Shown here: one piece after another, positions 1 to 13,798 of the stretch
Numbering within the stretch: position 1 is the first letter of the stretch
Layout: each line of letters begins with the position of its first letter
Assembly: GCA_964016885.1 (NCBI GenBank)
Contig: OZ024740.1
Location: 191,332,001 to 191,396,000 of the forward strand
Direction: 5' to 3'
From: Eledone cirrhosa
Lineage: Eukaryota
Length of the DNA: 64,000 bases
Program-made: the position numbers and the translations under genes
The notes under the pieces: model-generated
The model's database searches: none
Told to the model about the DNA's origin: nothing
What the model saw: only the letters and a program-made list of their open reading frames with translations

Positions 1-2792
1 GATCGGAAATGGGGAGTACGGGGAGAATGCTTAGTGGGGTTGTTATTAAACGTTACAGCTACATACGAGGGTACAGGCAGCGTTTTTCACAAGAGGTGGA
101 AGCACGTGAGGGCGCACATAAACAAATACAGCATATAACGATAGTTAAAACATATAATAATAAAGTAAAAGGAAAATAATAATAAAAAAAATTAAAGCAA
201 ACAAAGCCAAAGGAAGCTATGCGTTGGTCACTATATATAACAGGTGATTTTGTTCTCCATAACTTGTTATGAAATTATAAGAGGCTAGAGTTATAGAAAT
301 ACTCAGAGGCCCCTAAGGTACCTTCAGAAAGGTCAAAGGGGATATTCTTCCTCCCCATAGTTACATAATCAGCGTAGAGTAGTATATTACGGAATTACGT
401 GGACCAGCGGTGCTAGACCTGTACATAGAAAGGCACGACAGAAATACAAGCCAAACACTAACAAAGCGGGTTTAAAGCATGATCAAACTGAATCAAAAAT
501 GCTTACCAAAAATGGTTAAGTCACTGTACAAGTCACATCTGGCTAGGAGTCACAACATATGCATATCCACCGTAGAGGTTAGTCCAATCGGTTTCATATT
601 CTCCGATTGGTGAGAAATTATAAAATAAGTAGATCGTCCGTAGATGGTAATTCGGTCTAGAGCTTACAGAATATGTAGATCATCCGTAAAGTGTAATCCA
701 GTTGGATTCATACGCTCACCAAAACATATCAGCACATATAGTAACATGTGTTACATGCTGATGTTACACATAAAACCATCCTCACATGTATAAAATCCCA
801 GACCGCGATGTGCTATATCACCAAGTTGCAGCTCCAGGTTCCGTATAACCAAATTCGTCGCAACTAATCCAGCCGCGAACACGTCAAAATAATGCCAGGG
901 TAAATGCAGCAGTAATTCCCCGTTGACAAAACGCGCACTTCACGTGGATTAACAATCAATACAAAACAGAAAATAACACAAAGTGCTAAAATCAGGAAAT
1001 CCTCCAGGTACCACAGTATGTACATTAGGTGGGGTCATACCCATACAGGTATACAATAATCACATTTCACCTTTAGGTTAAATAGAGTTCCCTTTAACGT
1101 AGCACCTATATATTATACAATCGGTTTGAACCCGACCCTGTATGAACACTTCCCCATAATAGAATTAGTTAAGCTAACCTTGAGCTTATTGGCATATCCT
1201 AAGTTAACCGCGATTCAATAGTCTTTGGTATGACACAATTGACAATTCTAGAGGTCCAATAATAATAATTATATAGTTTTTGATTTGTACGAATCTTATT
1301 GAATTGGTATGATAACACTGTTGGTGATTACATTTTGTTGGCGTCAGTTCGAATTAAATAGCCTCATAGATGACACGTTAGAATAGTCCCCCTTTCTATA
1401 GATTTGAAATGTCATTGCTTGATGACTGAAGGGAGTAACACTCCGTATGTGCCTTCTGCGTCATGGATTGGTGTATATATACCATCGCAGTAAGAACTTA
1501 GTAGCGACTGTGTTTTTTTTTTTCGGAGCCGAGTTCCTCAATTATTGCGGAGTATGTGAGCTGTCGTATATGATTATTGTATTCCTGTATGGGTATAACC
1601 CCCACCTAATGGACATACTTTGGTACCTGGTGGATTTACTGATTTGAGCACTTTGTGTTATTTTCTGTTTTGTATTGATTGTTAATCCACGTGATGTGCG
1701 CGTTTGGTCAACGGTGAACTACTGCTGCATTTAACCTGGCATTATTTTAACGTGTAGAGGGTCGGGCGCCATACTTTTACGCATAGAGTTACGGCCCTTG
1801 CCATTCTGAGTTCAAATCCCGCCGAGGTTAATTTGCTTTTCATCCTTACAGGGTCGATAAAATATAGTACCAGTAATGCACTAAAATTTGTTGCTCTTGT
1901 GCCAACATTAGACAACATGTTTTGAACGTGTTCGCGGCTGGATTAGGTGTGACGAATTTGGTTACACGAAATCTAGAGCTGCAACCTGGACATATTATAT
2001 ATCGCAGTCTGAGGTTTTATACATGTGAGGATTTGTTGATGTGTAACATCAGCCCGTAACACATGTTACTATATGTGCTGATATGTTTTGGTGAGCGGAT
2101 GAATCCGACTGGATTACACTTTACGGACGATCTACATATATTGTAACCTCTAGACCGAATTACCATCTACAGACGATCTACTTATTTTATAATTCCTCAA
2201 TTGGACTAACCTCTACGGTGGATATACATATGTTGTGAATCCTAGCCAGATGTGCATTGTACAGGGACTAAAATATATTTATTAAGGATTTTTGCTTCAG
2301 CTTGATCATGCTTTAACCCCGCTTTGTTTGTGTTTGGCTTGTATTTGGTGGTGCCTTTCTATGTACAAGTCTAGCACCACTGGTGCACGTAATTCCGTAA
2401 CCTACTACTATACCCTGATTATGTATACTATGGGGAGGAATAAAACCCCCTTTCGACTTTCTGAATGTACCTTAGGGACCTCTTGGTATTTCTATAACTC
2501 TAAGTTATGGAGAACAAAATCACCTGTTATATATAGTGACCAACGCATAGCTTCCTTTGACTTTTGTGTGCTTTAATTTTTTTAATTATTCATTTATCTT
2601 TTTATATTATTATTTTCCTTTTACTTTATTATTATATATGTTAACTATCGTTATATGCTGTATTTGTTTATGTGCCCCCCCCCCCCACGTGATTCCGCCT
2701 CTTGTGAAAAAAGCTACCTGTACCCTCGTATGTAGCTGTAATGTTGAATAACAACCCCATTAAGCATTCTCTCCATACTCCCCATTTCCTAT
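1..2792. repeat. Long diverged inverted repeat (arms ~1-1065 and ~1568-2792), probably the inverted pseudo-LTR/3' UTR of a PLE
   Basis: Bases 1-77 (gatcggaaatggggagtacggggagaatgcttagtgggg...) are the reverse complement of ~2715-2792. The match continues to 1003-1065 versus 1568-1630. The right arm is interrupted by a SINE and runs on into a hammerhead-like motif at 2882 and an aataaa before (TA)n. Confidence 0.8.
1756..1918 (+). mobile_element. 5'-truncated tRNA-derived SINE (Nin/Deu-domain type)
   Basis: B-box gagttcaaatcc and core tttgcttttcatccttacagggtcgataaaa...gtaccagt. Flanked by an imperfect TSD (ttttaacgtgt / tttgaacgtgt). Absent from the other arm of the inverted repeat. Confidence 0.85.
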
Positions 2793-2881
2793 CTCGCTCT
2801 TGTTACTCTCTAATGTATTTCTAATGTTCATGTGACTAAGTTTGGTAAAGCTTATACTCAGCACTGTATTTTTGTGTATAA

Positions 2882-2928
2882 TGCTCTGATGAATCCTTCC
2901 TCATGGTATGGATAACAAATTGTCAGCA
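2882..2928 (+). ncRNA. Degenerate minimal type-I hammerhead ribozyme
   Basis: Stem I tgct/agca, CUGAUGA, stem II atcc/ggat, GUC triplet. The GAAA box is corrupted to aac, so it is probably inactive. Confidence 0.55.
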
Positions 2929-3074
2929 AATAAAAAATAAAAATGGTATGAGTATGTAGGCGTTCTTTGATTTGTTTTACATATAACGCCTCTGTTCTTG
3001 TACATTGAGATCATACAATACTGTCACAAATACGACACGGTACAGGTGCGTTTATGCACATACGCTCCGTTGTC

Positions 3075-3142
<68 letters not shown>

Positions 3143-3365
3143 AGTTTTTCATATGAAATCGTGTGTCGAAACAGATAGTGTTATAGTTGGGGAGGGTCAT
3201 AGTGTTGTAATAATATTGCCACAATTAATAACATAATACACTCACTGTTTGTTTGGTTTTCGCGTCTGTATCTTTTATATCAGTTAATTCATTTGGTCCA
3301 TATTGACTGACCAGCGGTAAAAAGTACAGATATAATATAGGGCCAAACAAATATATATAGTCTAA

Positions 3366-3403
3366 CAAACTTCGTTCGTTGCACATCTGCAACGTCGTCA
3401 GTG
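3366..3403 (-). ncRNA. Degenerate minimal hammerhead in PLE-A 3' UTR
   Basis: Minus strand reads ca-CUGACGA-cgttgca gatg tgcaac-GAAC-gaagtttg. The GAAA box is mutated. Confidence 0.45.
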
Positions 3404-3790
3404 GTGCTATTATGTTCCTCCTGTTGTATTGTATTGCTACGCCATCTTTATTTAATCTGGTTATTTATTTATTTATTTATTTATTTGTGTATTCTTCTCT
3501 GCGCATGTGTTTGCGTGTGTGTATAGTGTTTGGTGTGTGTTCGCGTTTGGGTGAAAGTATTTTGGTTATTGTATTTATCTTAGTTTACTAGTGGGTGTTT
3601 ATATGTGGTTGTTGTCATTGTGCTAGTGTATATATTTATTTATTTATTTATATTTCTCTTAGGTCAGTATTGTTTGTTTGGGTGTTGTTGTTATTGCATT
3701 CATTTTTTCTGTTTATCTTTGGCCTTCTGAGTTCTATTTCACTTGCCTCTCTCATTTGCTTATCTGCTGGGTCATATCTATGTTTAGATA

Positions 3791-4636
3791 TCTATATATT
3801 AATTTCAACAATGTCTTTATTCCGTGTGCCATAATTTTCGATTAACATTGGTTTCAACCGACTCCGCCCACCTCAACGACGCCAAACTTAAAATAATATG
3901 CATAATGCCAACCAATGAGAGAGTGAGTAGGGGAGAGTAAGAATCAGAGAGGCAAACTGAACGCTGTAACTATTACCATGTGTGCGTACGTATGTACGTG
4001 CGCGTATGATTATGTGTGTGTGCGTGCGTGCAGCGTTCCACAGAAAGTAAAAGCAGTTCGACTTTATCAAAGAGTGAACCACAGCGGCGACGGCGTGCAG
4101 CCAGGAATGAAGAAAAACGGTCCGAACAGCGCCATCGGAACGCCGAACTTCAGAGGCGAAGACGCGCCGCCATGAATGAAGAGGAGCAGGCTGAATAACG
4201 GCAAATAAACACTGGAGCCAAGCAGTGATGGCGTGCTGCGATGGTTGAAGACGAACTGTCTGAGCATCATCTTTTATATTAATTAACTATATCTATATCT
4301 ACATATAATCTAAAAGATTGCAACTTCATTCACCCTTTTGAAAAACGTGGAACAACCACGTATAAGCAATGGTACACGTTTTACAGTCAGGTAGAAGATG
4401 AACCATTTCAGTTCTATGTGGGAGCACCTAGAATTGTTCATATACTATGCACAAACAGTACAACGAAGAATCTGTTATATCTGAATGATTTCTTTTACTG
4501 TTTTTGTTTGTATCACACAGACACCACGGACTCGCCTCATACTGTAACCAGACAAACATCCAATATAGTCATTTTCTCTTTTACCTGTCTTCTCTTATCA
4601 TCTGTTCACCCGGGCGAACCTGGGTACGTCAGCTAG
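3791..4636 (+). mobile_element. Non-autonomous, internally deleted Helitron inserted in PLE-A
   Basis: Starts TC, ends with hairpin acccggg-cgaa-cctgggt then CTAG. Inserted between A and T with no TSD (empty site tttagata|ttattttaatt visible at ~5326-5345). Retains an R/E-rich N-terminal remnant and Pif1 helicase remnants (LKNVEQPRISNGTRF; QFYVGAPRI). Confidence 0.85.
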
Positions 4637-4913
4637 TTAGTTTAATTTCTATGTTGTCTATGTTATCGTCATGTTGTTGTCTGGCGTGTTCGTATGGTAC
4701 TGAACCGTTTTATAGTCCTTTTAGTTCCTCCCAGTGTGGGTCTATCCTTTCACCTATGCTACGAGTTATCTTGGCTAGTTATGTTGTTGTCATGCTTCTG
4801 CATGTATCCTATGTACATCTTATGCTATATAATACGTTTCCAGTTTTACAGTTTATCCGAGGGTCAAAAATACAGATATAATATAGACATAAACACATAT
4901 ATATATAGTCTAA

Positions 4914-4951
4914 CAAAGTTCTTTCGTTGCACATCTGCAACATCGTCAGTG
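4914..4951 (-). ncRNA. Minimal hammerhead motif in PLE-A 3' UTR
   Basis: Minus strand reads ca-CUGACGA-t-gttgca gatg tgcaac-GAAA-gaac-UU-tg. Stems I and III are very short. Confidence 0.55.
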
Positions 4952-5259
4952 GTGATATTATGTTTCCTCCTGTTGTATTGTATTCTACGCCATCTTTATT
5001 TCATCTGTTTATTTATTTATTTAGTTTTGTCTTCTTCTCTGCGCATGCGTTTGCGCGTGTGTATAGTGTTTGATGTGTGTTCGCGTTTAAGTGACTCTGT
5101 TTTGGTTATTGTATTCTATCTTAGTTTACTATTGTGTGTTTATATTTGTTTGTTGTTATTGTGCTTGTGTGTATATTTATTTATTTATTTATATTGCTAT
5201 TAGGTTAGTATTGTTTGTTTGGGTGTCGTTGTTATTCCATTGATTTTTTTTCTGTTTAG

Positions 5260-6890
5260 CTTTGGCCTTCTAAGTTCTCTTTCACTGGCCTCGCTGATTT
5301 GCCTATCTGCTGGGTCATTTCTATGTTTAGATATTATTTTAATTTCTATGTTGTCTACCGTCATGTTGTTGTCTGGCGTGTTCGTATAGTACTGAAACGG
5401 TTTTTCTTCCTTTTCGTTTCCCCCATTGTTGGTCTATCATTTCACCTATGCTACGAGCTGTGTCGCTTATGTATGTTGTTGTCATGTTTCTGCAAGTACC
5501 CTCTGTACATTCTATGCTATATACTACGTTTCTAGTTTTACAGTTTATCCAGGCGTTTACTTTACATATAAAACATTTCCTATTAGTAGAGTGGGTTTTC
5601 TTAAAAGGGAATGTTTTGCTGATCAGGGATTGTATGGTGGTTCCTGGCTTTTCTACCACCTTAATGTTTAAGTGGGTCTTTCTCAGGGCCTTTCTACACC
5701 GGTTAGCTAATTTCCCTCCAGGGGGAGCGTGAACAAACATGACACTAGCGTATATCTGGTTGTCGTACCATGAGGTGGATTTCCCAATCCTGTGTTTAGT
5801 CCTATCTAAGCTATTCCATGATTTGCTCCTGTATAATGGGCACATTCCTTTCATTTCCAGTTCTGTGAGGGTCTTGTACTTCTCCCTGGCTCCTTCGTAT
5901 ACTCTGATTCTGTCTCTTTGGTTGTAACCAGATAACTGCATGCGGTTGATGAAGTGTTGTATGTGTCTTTCCATTTTGTTGCACATGCGGGACACGTTCT
6001 TCAGCACTCGTACCAAGACTGCGAGAAGAATATTAAACTTAGCACTACTGGACATTGCTGAGTTTTTGAGTATCAAGTATTTGGAGGCCATGGGTTTAGC
6101 GTAGTGTGAGTTAAGAATTTGGGCTCTCTCGTCTATAGTGTTAATCCAGAATTCCGTGTCTAATACAGGTAGTCTATTGTTAGGGTGTTTGGAAGGGTAG
6201 TCGTTAGTTACAGTTATACTCTGGTGTATGGAATTAGCTATCTGTTGGATGCTTTCCATTGTGCTACATTCTAAATCATACTTGTTAGTGCTCTCTTGTG
6301 GGGATGTCCTTATTACAATGTTAATGTCATCTAAGTAACGAGACTACATGATGAGGTCTACGGAACTCTCATCAAGGAGATCTTTGAGTCTCCTTTCCCA
6401 CCATACCATAAAAAAGGTTGGCAACGTCACCAGCTATGCTGACGCCAACGGCTGGTCCCTCATTTTGGGTGTAGATCTTCTCTTTGAATTTGAATATGTG
6501 GCCCATTAGGGTAGTTTTAATACTAGCCCCTATTGCATGTGCGACCATTTTTCTTACCTGATCATTGTTTTGGGGGGTCTGTATCGCAATCCACCTTCCC
6601 ATGGGAGTTCTTTTTGCCATTGAGGTTATGGTGGGGGCTCTACATCTTATGGGTCTACTGGGCAGAAACGGCTAAGGTCATGGCTGTCTACGTAGTCAGT
6701 GTCATAGGTATGTCTAAGTAGGGGGCCCGCCTGACTCTCACTGATCATCTCCATTCATTTCTCCACAGCAAAATCAATGTTAATGGATGGGTATAGTGAT
6801 ACCACGTCCATACTGCCTATTATGCAGTTAGATAGGATTTTGCTTTTGTTTTTGTTGAATTCATTGATTCTGCTGAGGAAGCCACATGAT
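5260..6890 (-). pseudogene. Disrupted PLE RT/GIY-YIG ORF (family A)
   Basis: ORF fragments 6755-6982, 6372-6620 and 5339-6259 lie in different frames. The catalytic YVDD reads RYLDD here and YSRYVDD in the 36-38 kb copy. Confidence 0.85.
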
Positions 6891-9800
6891 GATGAACACC
6901 TACACCAAGTGGACGTACTGCCAGCAACTTCCAGGCGTCTAATAATGACATACCACCTCTGTATGGGCTCCGCAAAGATCATAAGACAGTCGACGCCCTG
7001 ACAATAGGACCGCCCACAAGACTTGTATGCGGAGTCAATATCGCTAGCAACTACACGATCTCCTCCTTCCTCTCAATGGTTATACGCCCCATAATCAAGA
7101 TGGCCCCAGACATATGTGACAGTACAGACGACTTCCTCAGCAGAATCAAGTAATGCAACAAAAACAAAAACAAAAAGCTATCTAACTGCATAATTGGCAG
7201 TATGGACGTGGTATCACTATACCAATCCATTAACATTGATTTTGCTAACTTATTAAATATAACATTCGTCTATCTATATGACAATACAAGAAGAACAAAA
7301 TAAGCCCTGTTGAATTGTATGATGTTAGGTATCAGATATGATGTTTATATGCGTTTGCTTTAAAACGTATTATTAAAAATGAATTTACCAAACTTCCATT
7401 GATGGGATGAATTTCGCTGGTCTAGTCGAGAGGGACCATGGGTGGAGAGAGACCCAAAGAAGCTGGTGTTTGGAACCTTTGAATACTACAATTTAGCTGG
7501 TTGGTATGAATTCTGTAACTGCTTGTATTGACTGGGAGCAGTCAATACAAGATTTATGGCCGTTTGGTATGTCAAAATAACAGACACATTGGCGATATGA
7601 AAGCCGATACAAAATAGAACGTTTTCTATGTGACCATAAGGTCAGCAATTCGTGGAAGTAACTTGAGAGTTAGAAGAGTATCAAATTACTGCTAGAGGTG
7701 TTGCCGTCTAGATTGAAACGGGAGTTTTGATTGAAACGCGCGAAAAGATCGAAGAATGAGTAGAATCTGATAGCAAAAATACGGAATTAAAATTGATAGC
7801 TACGTGAGTCAATGAAAGAGTGAGTTGCTCAGTGTAACTGAACCGCTGTTATTCTACAGTGAGTTGGGAGTTGTATTTGAAAATAGATTCACCGTAAAAA
7901 GCAGTGCTGTATGTGTGTGTAATATGCAGTGGCACCTAAGTTGAAATGGTTATGCGGAAATGCTTCCCATATAACCGAATACTAGTGCATATAGAAAATA
8001 GGAAGAATTATCTAGGGAATACCACTTAAATCAATGACATAGCTCATGTGCTGAGTGTGCAGTGAAGAATTTTCGAGCGTGTAAGCACTATATGTAGGAA
8101 TATGTGTTTATGTTTCTGTAAGCATTTAAATCCAGTTTACAACAAACAAAGAGACAGAAATATGTGGGGCAGCGATCGACATTAAGCGGCTAGTAAACGG
8201 ATCCATAAGTCACTCGAATTGTGTTAAGCTGATATGCCGTTCCGATATAAGTAAAAGCCATGGCTACTTCTGTCCAGTTATATGTAATGCATGCTGAAAT
8301 GTGCAGCTTTGCCATGTTTGAGGCGAATATGTATCGATAACATTTTCGTAATTTCATAACTAGTTGAGAACATACCTCGAACGTATTAAAGAACAAAGGA
8401 CTACAAATACATATTTCATACTTAAAGGTTTCATGCAGTGAGAATGGCTTGTCCGATTGTTTGTTTAGGATAAAGTCAGAAAAAAAGTAAAAAAAAAACA
8501 GTAATTAAGAGTTCAAACAGTTCCTTATTTCAAGCTTTTCTCTGTCGGGTACGTGTATATTTTGTGCTCTTGTTTTAGCTGTCACAGAGATGCTGTTGTT
8601 ATTTTAGTTTTCGAAATCAGATGGTGGCATCTTGAAACATATTTCTATTGCTTTTACAATTCATCAGAAGATTTACGAAAGTCGTGTTTCAGAGCATAAT
8701 GCTGCTTTTTCAAACCGTTCATTGTTTTGTTTTAGCCGGGTGGTGGTGGTGGTGGTGGTGGTGGGGGTGGGGACTTTATTTCCATGTATGCATGTTGTTT
8801 TTTGTGGATATTATTTGACAGTTGCATGGGGAAATGCACCAAAAGCAGTACCCGTGGCGGTATTTCTCCAATTCGAATACTACGTAAAAAATAAATTTAT
8901 CAAGCTAGTAAATTATTTTCTAGTATATTTCGAGCATGGAGTGGGGTATAGATTATTCAGCCGAAATATCTAAGTTGGGAGAGCGTTATACTGAAAATCT
9001 AAGGGTGGGGGGTATACCTTTATTGGTTGTGCGATAGCATGGCCTCATTCTACCGGCTGGAACAATAAATTAAGAAATAGAGAAATAAATCAATGTATAT
9101 CGCCCCACATAAATGATATGTATTTGAGGTATTTTCAAAAGATTGTTCAAGAAGCAGTTGGACGTTAAACGCTAGTACACAATAAGGAATTCCTTCAAAT
9201 AGCTTAACAATATATCGCACGCAGGTCTTGACCCTACCTAATCACAGAATCAGATTGTTCAGTAGACAAATGACAAAGAAGTGTACCTCCAGGTATTAAA
9301 ATATTAAAGTCTCTGAACCATATTTGCCATCAACATTATGAGTGGCCGAAAACGGACAACGGCATAATTAACATAATTCAAGCTACACTAAAATGATATG
9401 CTTAGATTCTACTCAATACATTGTGTGAAACCATTTTCAATCATATCCTCACCTTTCTTTCCAGGTTCCAAAATGATTGCGCTAGCCTACGAACATCCAC
9501 CATGGAATGCATGGCCACCTATATTCATCAATTCTTCAAAACATTACCCTACATAAAAATACGAACCACTGACATTATCAAATATTAAGGGAAATACAGT
9601 GGCTTTTGCAAATACTCAACAGATTACATTAGACATTATATTAGACATTACCTGCATGACTACCTTGACAATCCTATTTGAGAATAGAACCTTGAAACCT
9701 TAACATTTTTCTTGAGGCCAGTTCCCCCTACACCATAATTAAATCAGGAAAACAAAGTCTAAAAGCCTATGAGGTGGTTTCAAATAGTTCAGATTTCCTT

Positions 9801-9975
9801 AGAAGCCGCCGGAACGTAATATGATGTAGGGGAGCACTGGAAATATCCTGCAAGAGATTGGATCCTGAAAGAGTTGGTTGCTGAAGGGAAGTTATTTCAG
9901 CATTCTATTTCAAATAACGATCGAGGTCAATTTTCAAAGACTAATACTTATTTTCTCCCATTAATTAAAGTTACA

Positions 9976-10160
9976 TGGCGGTGGATTGGCAGTATCGGTA
10001 GAGGGTCGGACGCCATGCTTTCCGGCATAGTTACGTCCCTTTACGATCTGAGTTCAAATCCCGCCGAGGTAGACTTTGCCTTTCATCCTTACGGGGTCGA
10101 TAAAATAAAGTACCAGTAATGCACTGGGTTATTGCTGGCCTTGTGCTAAAAGTAGAAACA
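9976..10160 (+). mobile_element. Full-length tRNA-derived SINE (Nin/Deu-domain type)
   Basis: A-box tggcagtatcgg, B-box gagttcaaatcc, core ctttgcctttcatccttacggggtcgataaaataaagtaccagt. TSD attaattaaagtta at 9960-9973 and 10161-10174. Confidence 0.9.
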
Positions 10161-11176
10161 ATTAATTAAAGTTAGTTCCAACTGACCCGTGTATTCAGGC
10201 AGCACTCCCAAAAGATACCAGACAAACACGAGCTAATAACGAAGTGGTTGAATAATCTGAGCAATTCTGATGATTGCATAACACACAACGTATTAATCTT
10301 ATACTATACTGCATATGCTCTTATGTTCTCACTCAAGGAACTAATCCTGGATTATTGACATATGTCGAAGTTAATAACTATATCTGCGTCAAAAACACTA
10401 CATTAGCTTGTGACTAGCTAAGGAATTATAGCAGCTTGTAATATATTGATAGAGCCAAATATATGTGCCTTTATCACTCCGCAAAATAACCTAGTGGGCA
10501 TGCCAGCCGTTTTAGTCTGACTTATGTCATAAGCTAATCCAGCTTATGGCAGTCGTTAATGTGAGAATGTTCGTATGGTCTTTCAACAACATCAACTGTT
10601 GTAACAGGTGGTATTTAGTAACATCGTGTCAAGTAAAATGTGTTCTAAAAAATTGCATATGGTACCGATGGAAGTTAAAATAGTAAAGCATTTCATATGA
10701 ATAATGATAAAATAAAAGGTGCCGATCATTAGATTGGACTAGGAAATATACGTTCCCGTGGGGGTCTTCCATTGCGCATATCAATTTCCTGTCGTACCTC
10801 CAGACAGTAAAGCAGAATTTGAATTTAGAAAAGAACGTTGGCTCAAATAACAAAATCTTCATGTCATGTCAGATACTTTAAAAACTCTATCACTTCACCG
10901 CCCCTGGTGTAGTATCATTTATAGACCAAGTAATGATCAAAAGCTAAGTTGAAATTAGAGACTTAAAAAAATAAAGATGGAAAACTATAAAAAGGGTCAA
11001 TCTGACATTGTAACATATCTGGCAAATCGCCGAAACTACCAGAATTGAAAGTTGCTAGTAACTCCTTTTCACCTAACTCACATAGACCGACTAATTTCAC
11101 TGGTCTGGCAATTTTAAGTCCAGTATCTATCAACATTACATCCGATTCCATTTTGATAATGATACTAAATAATAAT

Positions 11177-11361
11177 TGTTTCTACTGTTGGCACAAGGCC
11201 AGCAATCACCAGGGTACATGACTGGTTCTTTATTTTATCGACCCCGTAAGGATGAAAGGCAAAGTTAACCTCGGCGGGATTTGAACTCAGATCGTAAAGG
11301 GACGTAACTACGCTGGAAACCATGTCCGATCTGTCTACCAATACTGCCAATTCACCGCCCT
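11177..11361 (-). mobile_element. Full-length SINE, same family
   Basis: Reverse complement of the 9976 SINE, with TSD tgatactaaataataat on both sides. Confidence 0.9.
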
Positions 11362-13568
11362 TGATACTAAATAATAATATTCTTGGAATATATTTCTAAC
11401 AAATAGAACAGTGTGTATACTATTAACCTTGTCCATGCCGAGATAACAGTGCATATATATTCTTTTTTACTAAAACTGTGTAGTTTACACGTTATGAACG
11501 TAGTTTTGTTCTGCTTCCTTATAGCTAGGTTCATCTGTCGGAAAATATTGCTACCAACTTACCAAGTATCTTCTGGACCTATATGTAATAAACATATCTG
11601 GATTTGTGACACTAGCATCATAATAGTAGTGGTAACAATAATACGAACAACAAAACATAAGGCAAAACACATTCTTAACGGAATAGATAACTAGTAAATG
11701 GTTTTAGAAATAGTAACAATATCGATAATGAAAAAATATGTTATCTATTTTTTTTTATCAAATCACCACAAAAAAGTTCGAAAACATTCCTGTAATGTCA
11801 ATGAATATTTCATTTATTTTCCTCACTTTCACTGAATAAGTATGAAATAGAAAAAAGGGTATTTAGAATTCACTAGTTTATGATTAATAAAGACAGTCTA
11901 TATCATAGTGCAATATTACCATAACAATATTTTATGGTATTTATCATCTGTTTGTTCTTCACTTCTGAATAGAATGATACACCTATCATAACGCATATTA
12001 CAGCCACATATTATTTCTTTCTCTCTCTTTATTTTTCAATGTTTATGCTTAACTATTCATTCATACAAAACCATGATGTATCAAAGCAAGTTTCTGAACA
12101 ACTAATAACATTATAGAATCTCTCCACAAATGGTAATTCTACTTAATGCACTTCGCGGTAGCTCTTGACGGTGGCTAACAAATCTATTTCTAGTATTCTG
12201 TACGATTGATAAATACTACTAAACAACACATGGAAGTTAGCAGACCTAAGATTCGATATAGTCAAGACGGTATGTAATATAGGGTCCAATTCAGTTTATT
12301 TTTTTCAATCGGAATGAAATGTAAAATCAAATGAAAGGAATTAGCAGAAGCAGAATGCAAACAACAGGTTCTAATATGTGTTGTACACAGACATACACGA
12401 CCAAAATAATAACATACATTTCCAAAATTTCAAGATCAGAAATTTCCTCTTGTAAAGTATACTTTCTGACTCCGTCTGTGTAATTAGGTTATGCTTAAAA
12501 TATTGTTGCGTACGTATCTGATTTTAGTCATATTGTCTTTGATTTAATCACGATGCCAGTATCCAATACTTACGGGGGCATTATCCTTCACACAGTGACT
12601 AAATTAACAGATGACGCAAAAGTATAAACATCCCTACTGTTCCACATGAAGTGGAATTCGAGGCTATCAAATGATGGTAAAAACCAAGACATCCTGTTAC
12701 GGAGATGATGCATAAAATAATTTCTCTACTAATCAAGCAAGGTTACATTTTTCGTGCCAACGGGTCTTTATAAATTGTAGGCATTTTCAGACATCTACAT
12801 CGGCATCTAACAACATTTATATTATTGATGGGGGCATTTTAACTTAAGAAATGTTCATGAAGAATTATATATAGTAGCAGATTAACCATCCCTCGGCGGG
12901 TTTTTTGCCTAGCATGTGTAGTGTGCATATTGATATTATACGCAAATATATATCCATATAGATATGATACGTCAAATAAAAGAGTAATTGACAATAACGA
13001 AGTCTGTGTTACACTCTCTTCCGAAATCAGTAAAGATATCCATGATACATTAAAAAAAGACAATATCATATATAAACTGCATATGTGATAAACTAAAATA
13101 TTATGAAAATGAAAATAGAGAAAATTAGCGACGGAAATATAAACCTTATAGAACGATGCAAATATATGCACGTTTATATAAGCGATGTGATGAGTGTTAT
13201 GATATATCGGACGTTAAGTGGAAGTGTTGACATTTGAACATTTTAAAGAAGTGAATGATAACATAAGTTATATATAAGAATAGTTATGTTTAATGAAACT
13301 GTTTAATACAATTTGGTAGAGGTTTAAGCAATTAAACATTAACAACCTTTACATCAACAGCGTAGCACGGGCTGAAACATATATATATATATATATATAT
13401 ATGCTATTGTTTGACAGGTGGCAAACAACAGAAGTCCAGCTTTTAGTAATGCAATATTACTAATAATTGATAATGAAATATTTAGTGTAACTTAACATGA
13501 TTCTATTTTATTTACACGGCAAAATTAAAGCAACAATCCCATGTAAATAGCTATTATTTTAATTGACT

Positions 13569-13780
13569 GGGCGGTGGATTGGCAGTATCGATATAGTCGC
13601 ACACCATGCTTTGCAACATAGAGTTACGTCCCTTTAGGGTATGCGTTAAAATCCCGCCGAGGTTAACTTTGCCTTTCATCCTTACGGGCCGATAAAATAA
13701 AGCACCAGTAGCGTACCGGGGTCAATTTAATCGACTTTCCCCTCCCGCAAAATGATTGGCCTTGTGCCTATACTAGAAAT
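13569..13780 (+). mobile_element. SINE, long-tail variant
   Basis: Same head and core, plus an extra segment ggggtcaatttaatcgactttccctcccgcaaaatg. Confidence 0.85.
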
Positions 13781-13798
13781 CATTATTTTAGTTGACTG

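Larger units (their letters stand above)
3140..7250 (-). mobile_element. Penelope-like retroelement family A, 5'-truncated, with tandem 3' duplication and short 5' inversion
   Basis: RT remnants GSMDVVSLYPSI, YTQNEGPAVG and LPVLD...HYAKPM, followed by C..C...CKTRNVVYSIEC...YI GIY-YIG. 4864-5552 is repeated at ~3320-3790 plus 4637-4860. 6765-6880 is inverted at ~7135-7245. Confidence 0.9.

Noticed and set aside
9070-9860. Possible very old RT remnant; similar hints at ~14340-14560, 34920-35330 and 53230-53560
   Set aside because: Only faint motif resemblance by eye. It needs a translated profile search, so it is not reported as a feature.
9976-10075. tRNA gene
   Set aside because: The A and B boxes belong to SINE heads; there is no cloverleaf.
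12860-13380. Helitron-like 3' motifs (cccgccgagggatgg..ctac on the minus strand; cgtagcacggg on the plus strand)
   Set aside because: There is no intact CTRR terminus and no matching 5' TC end.
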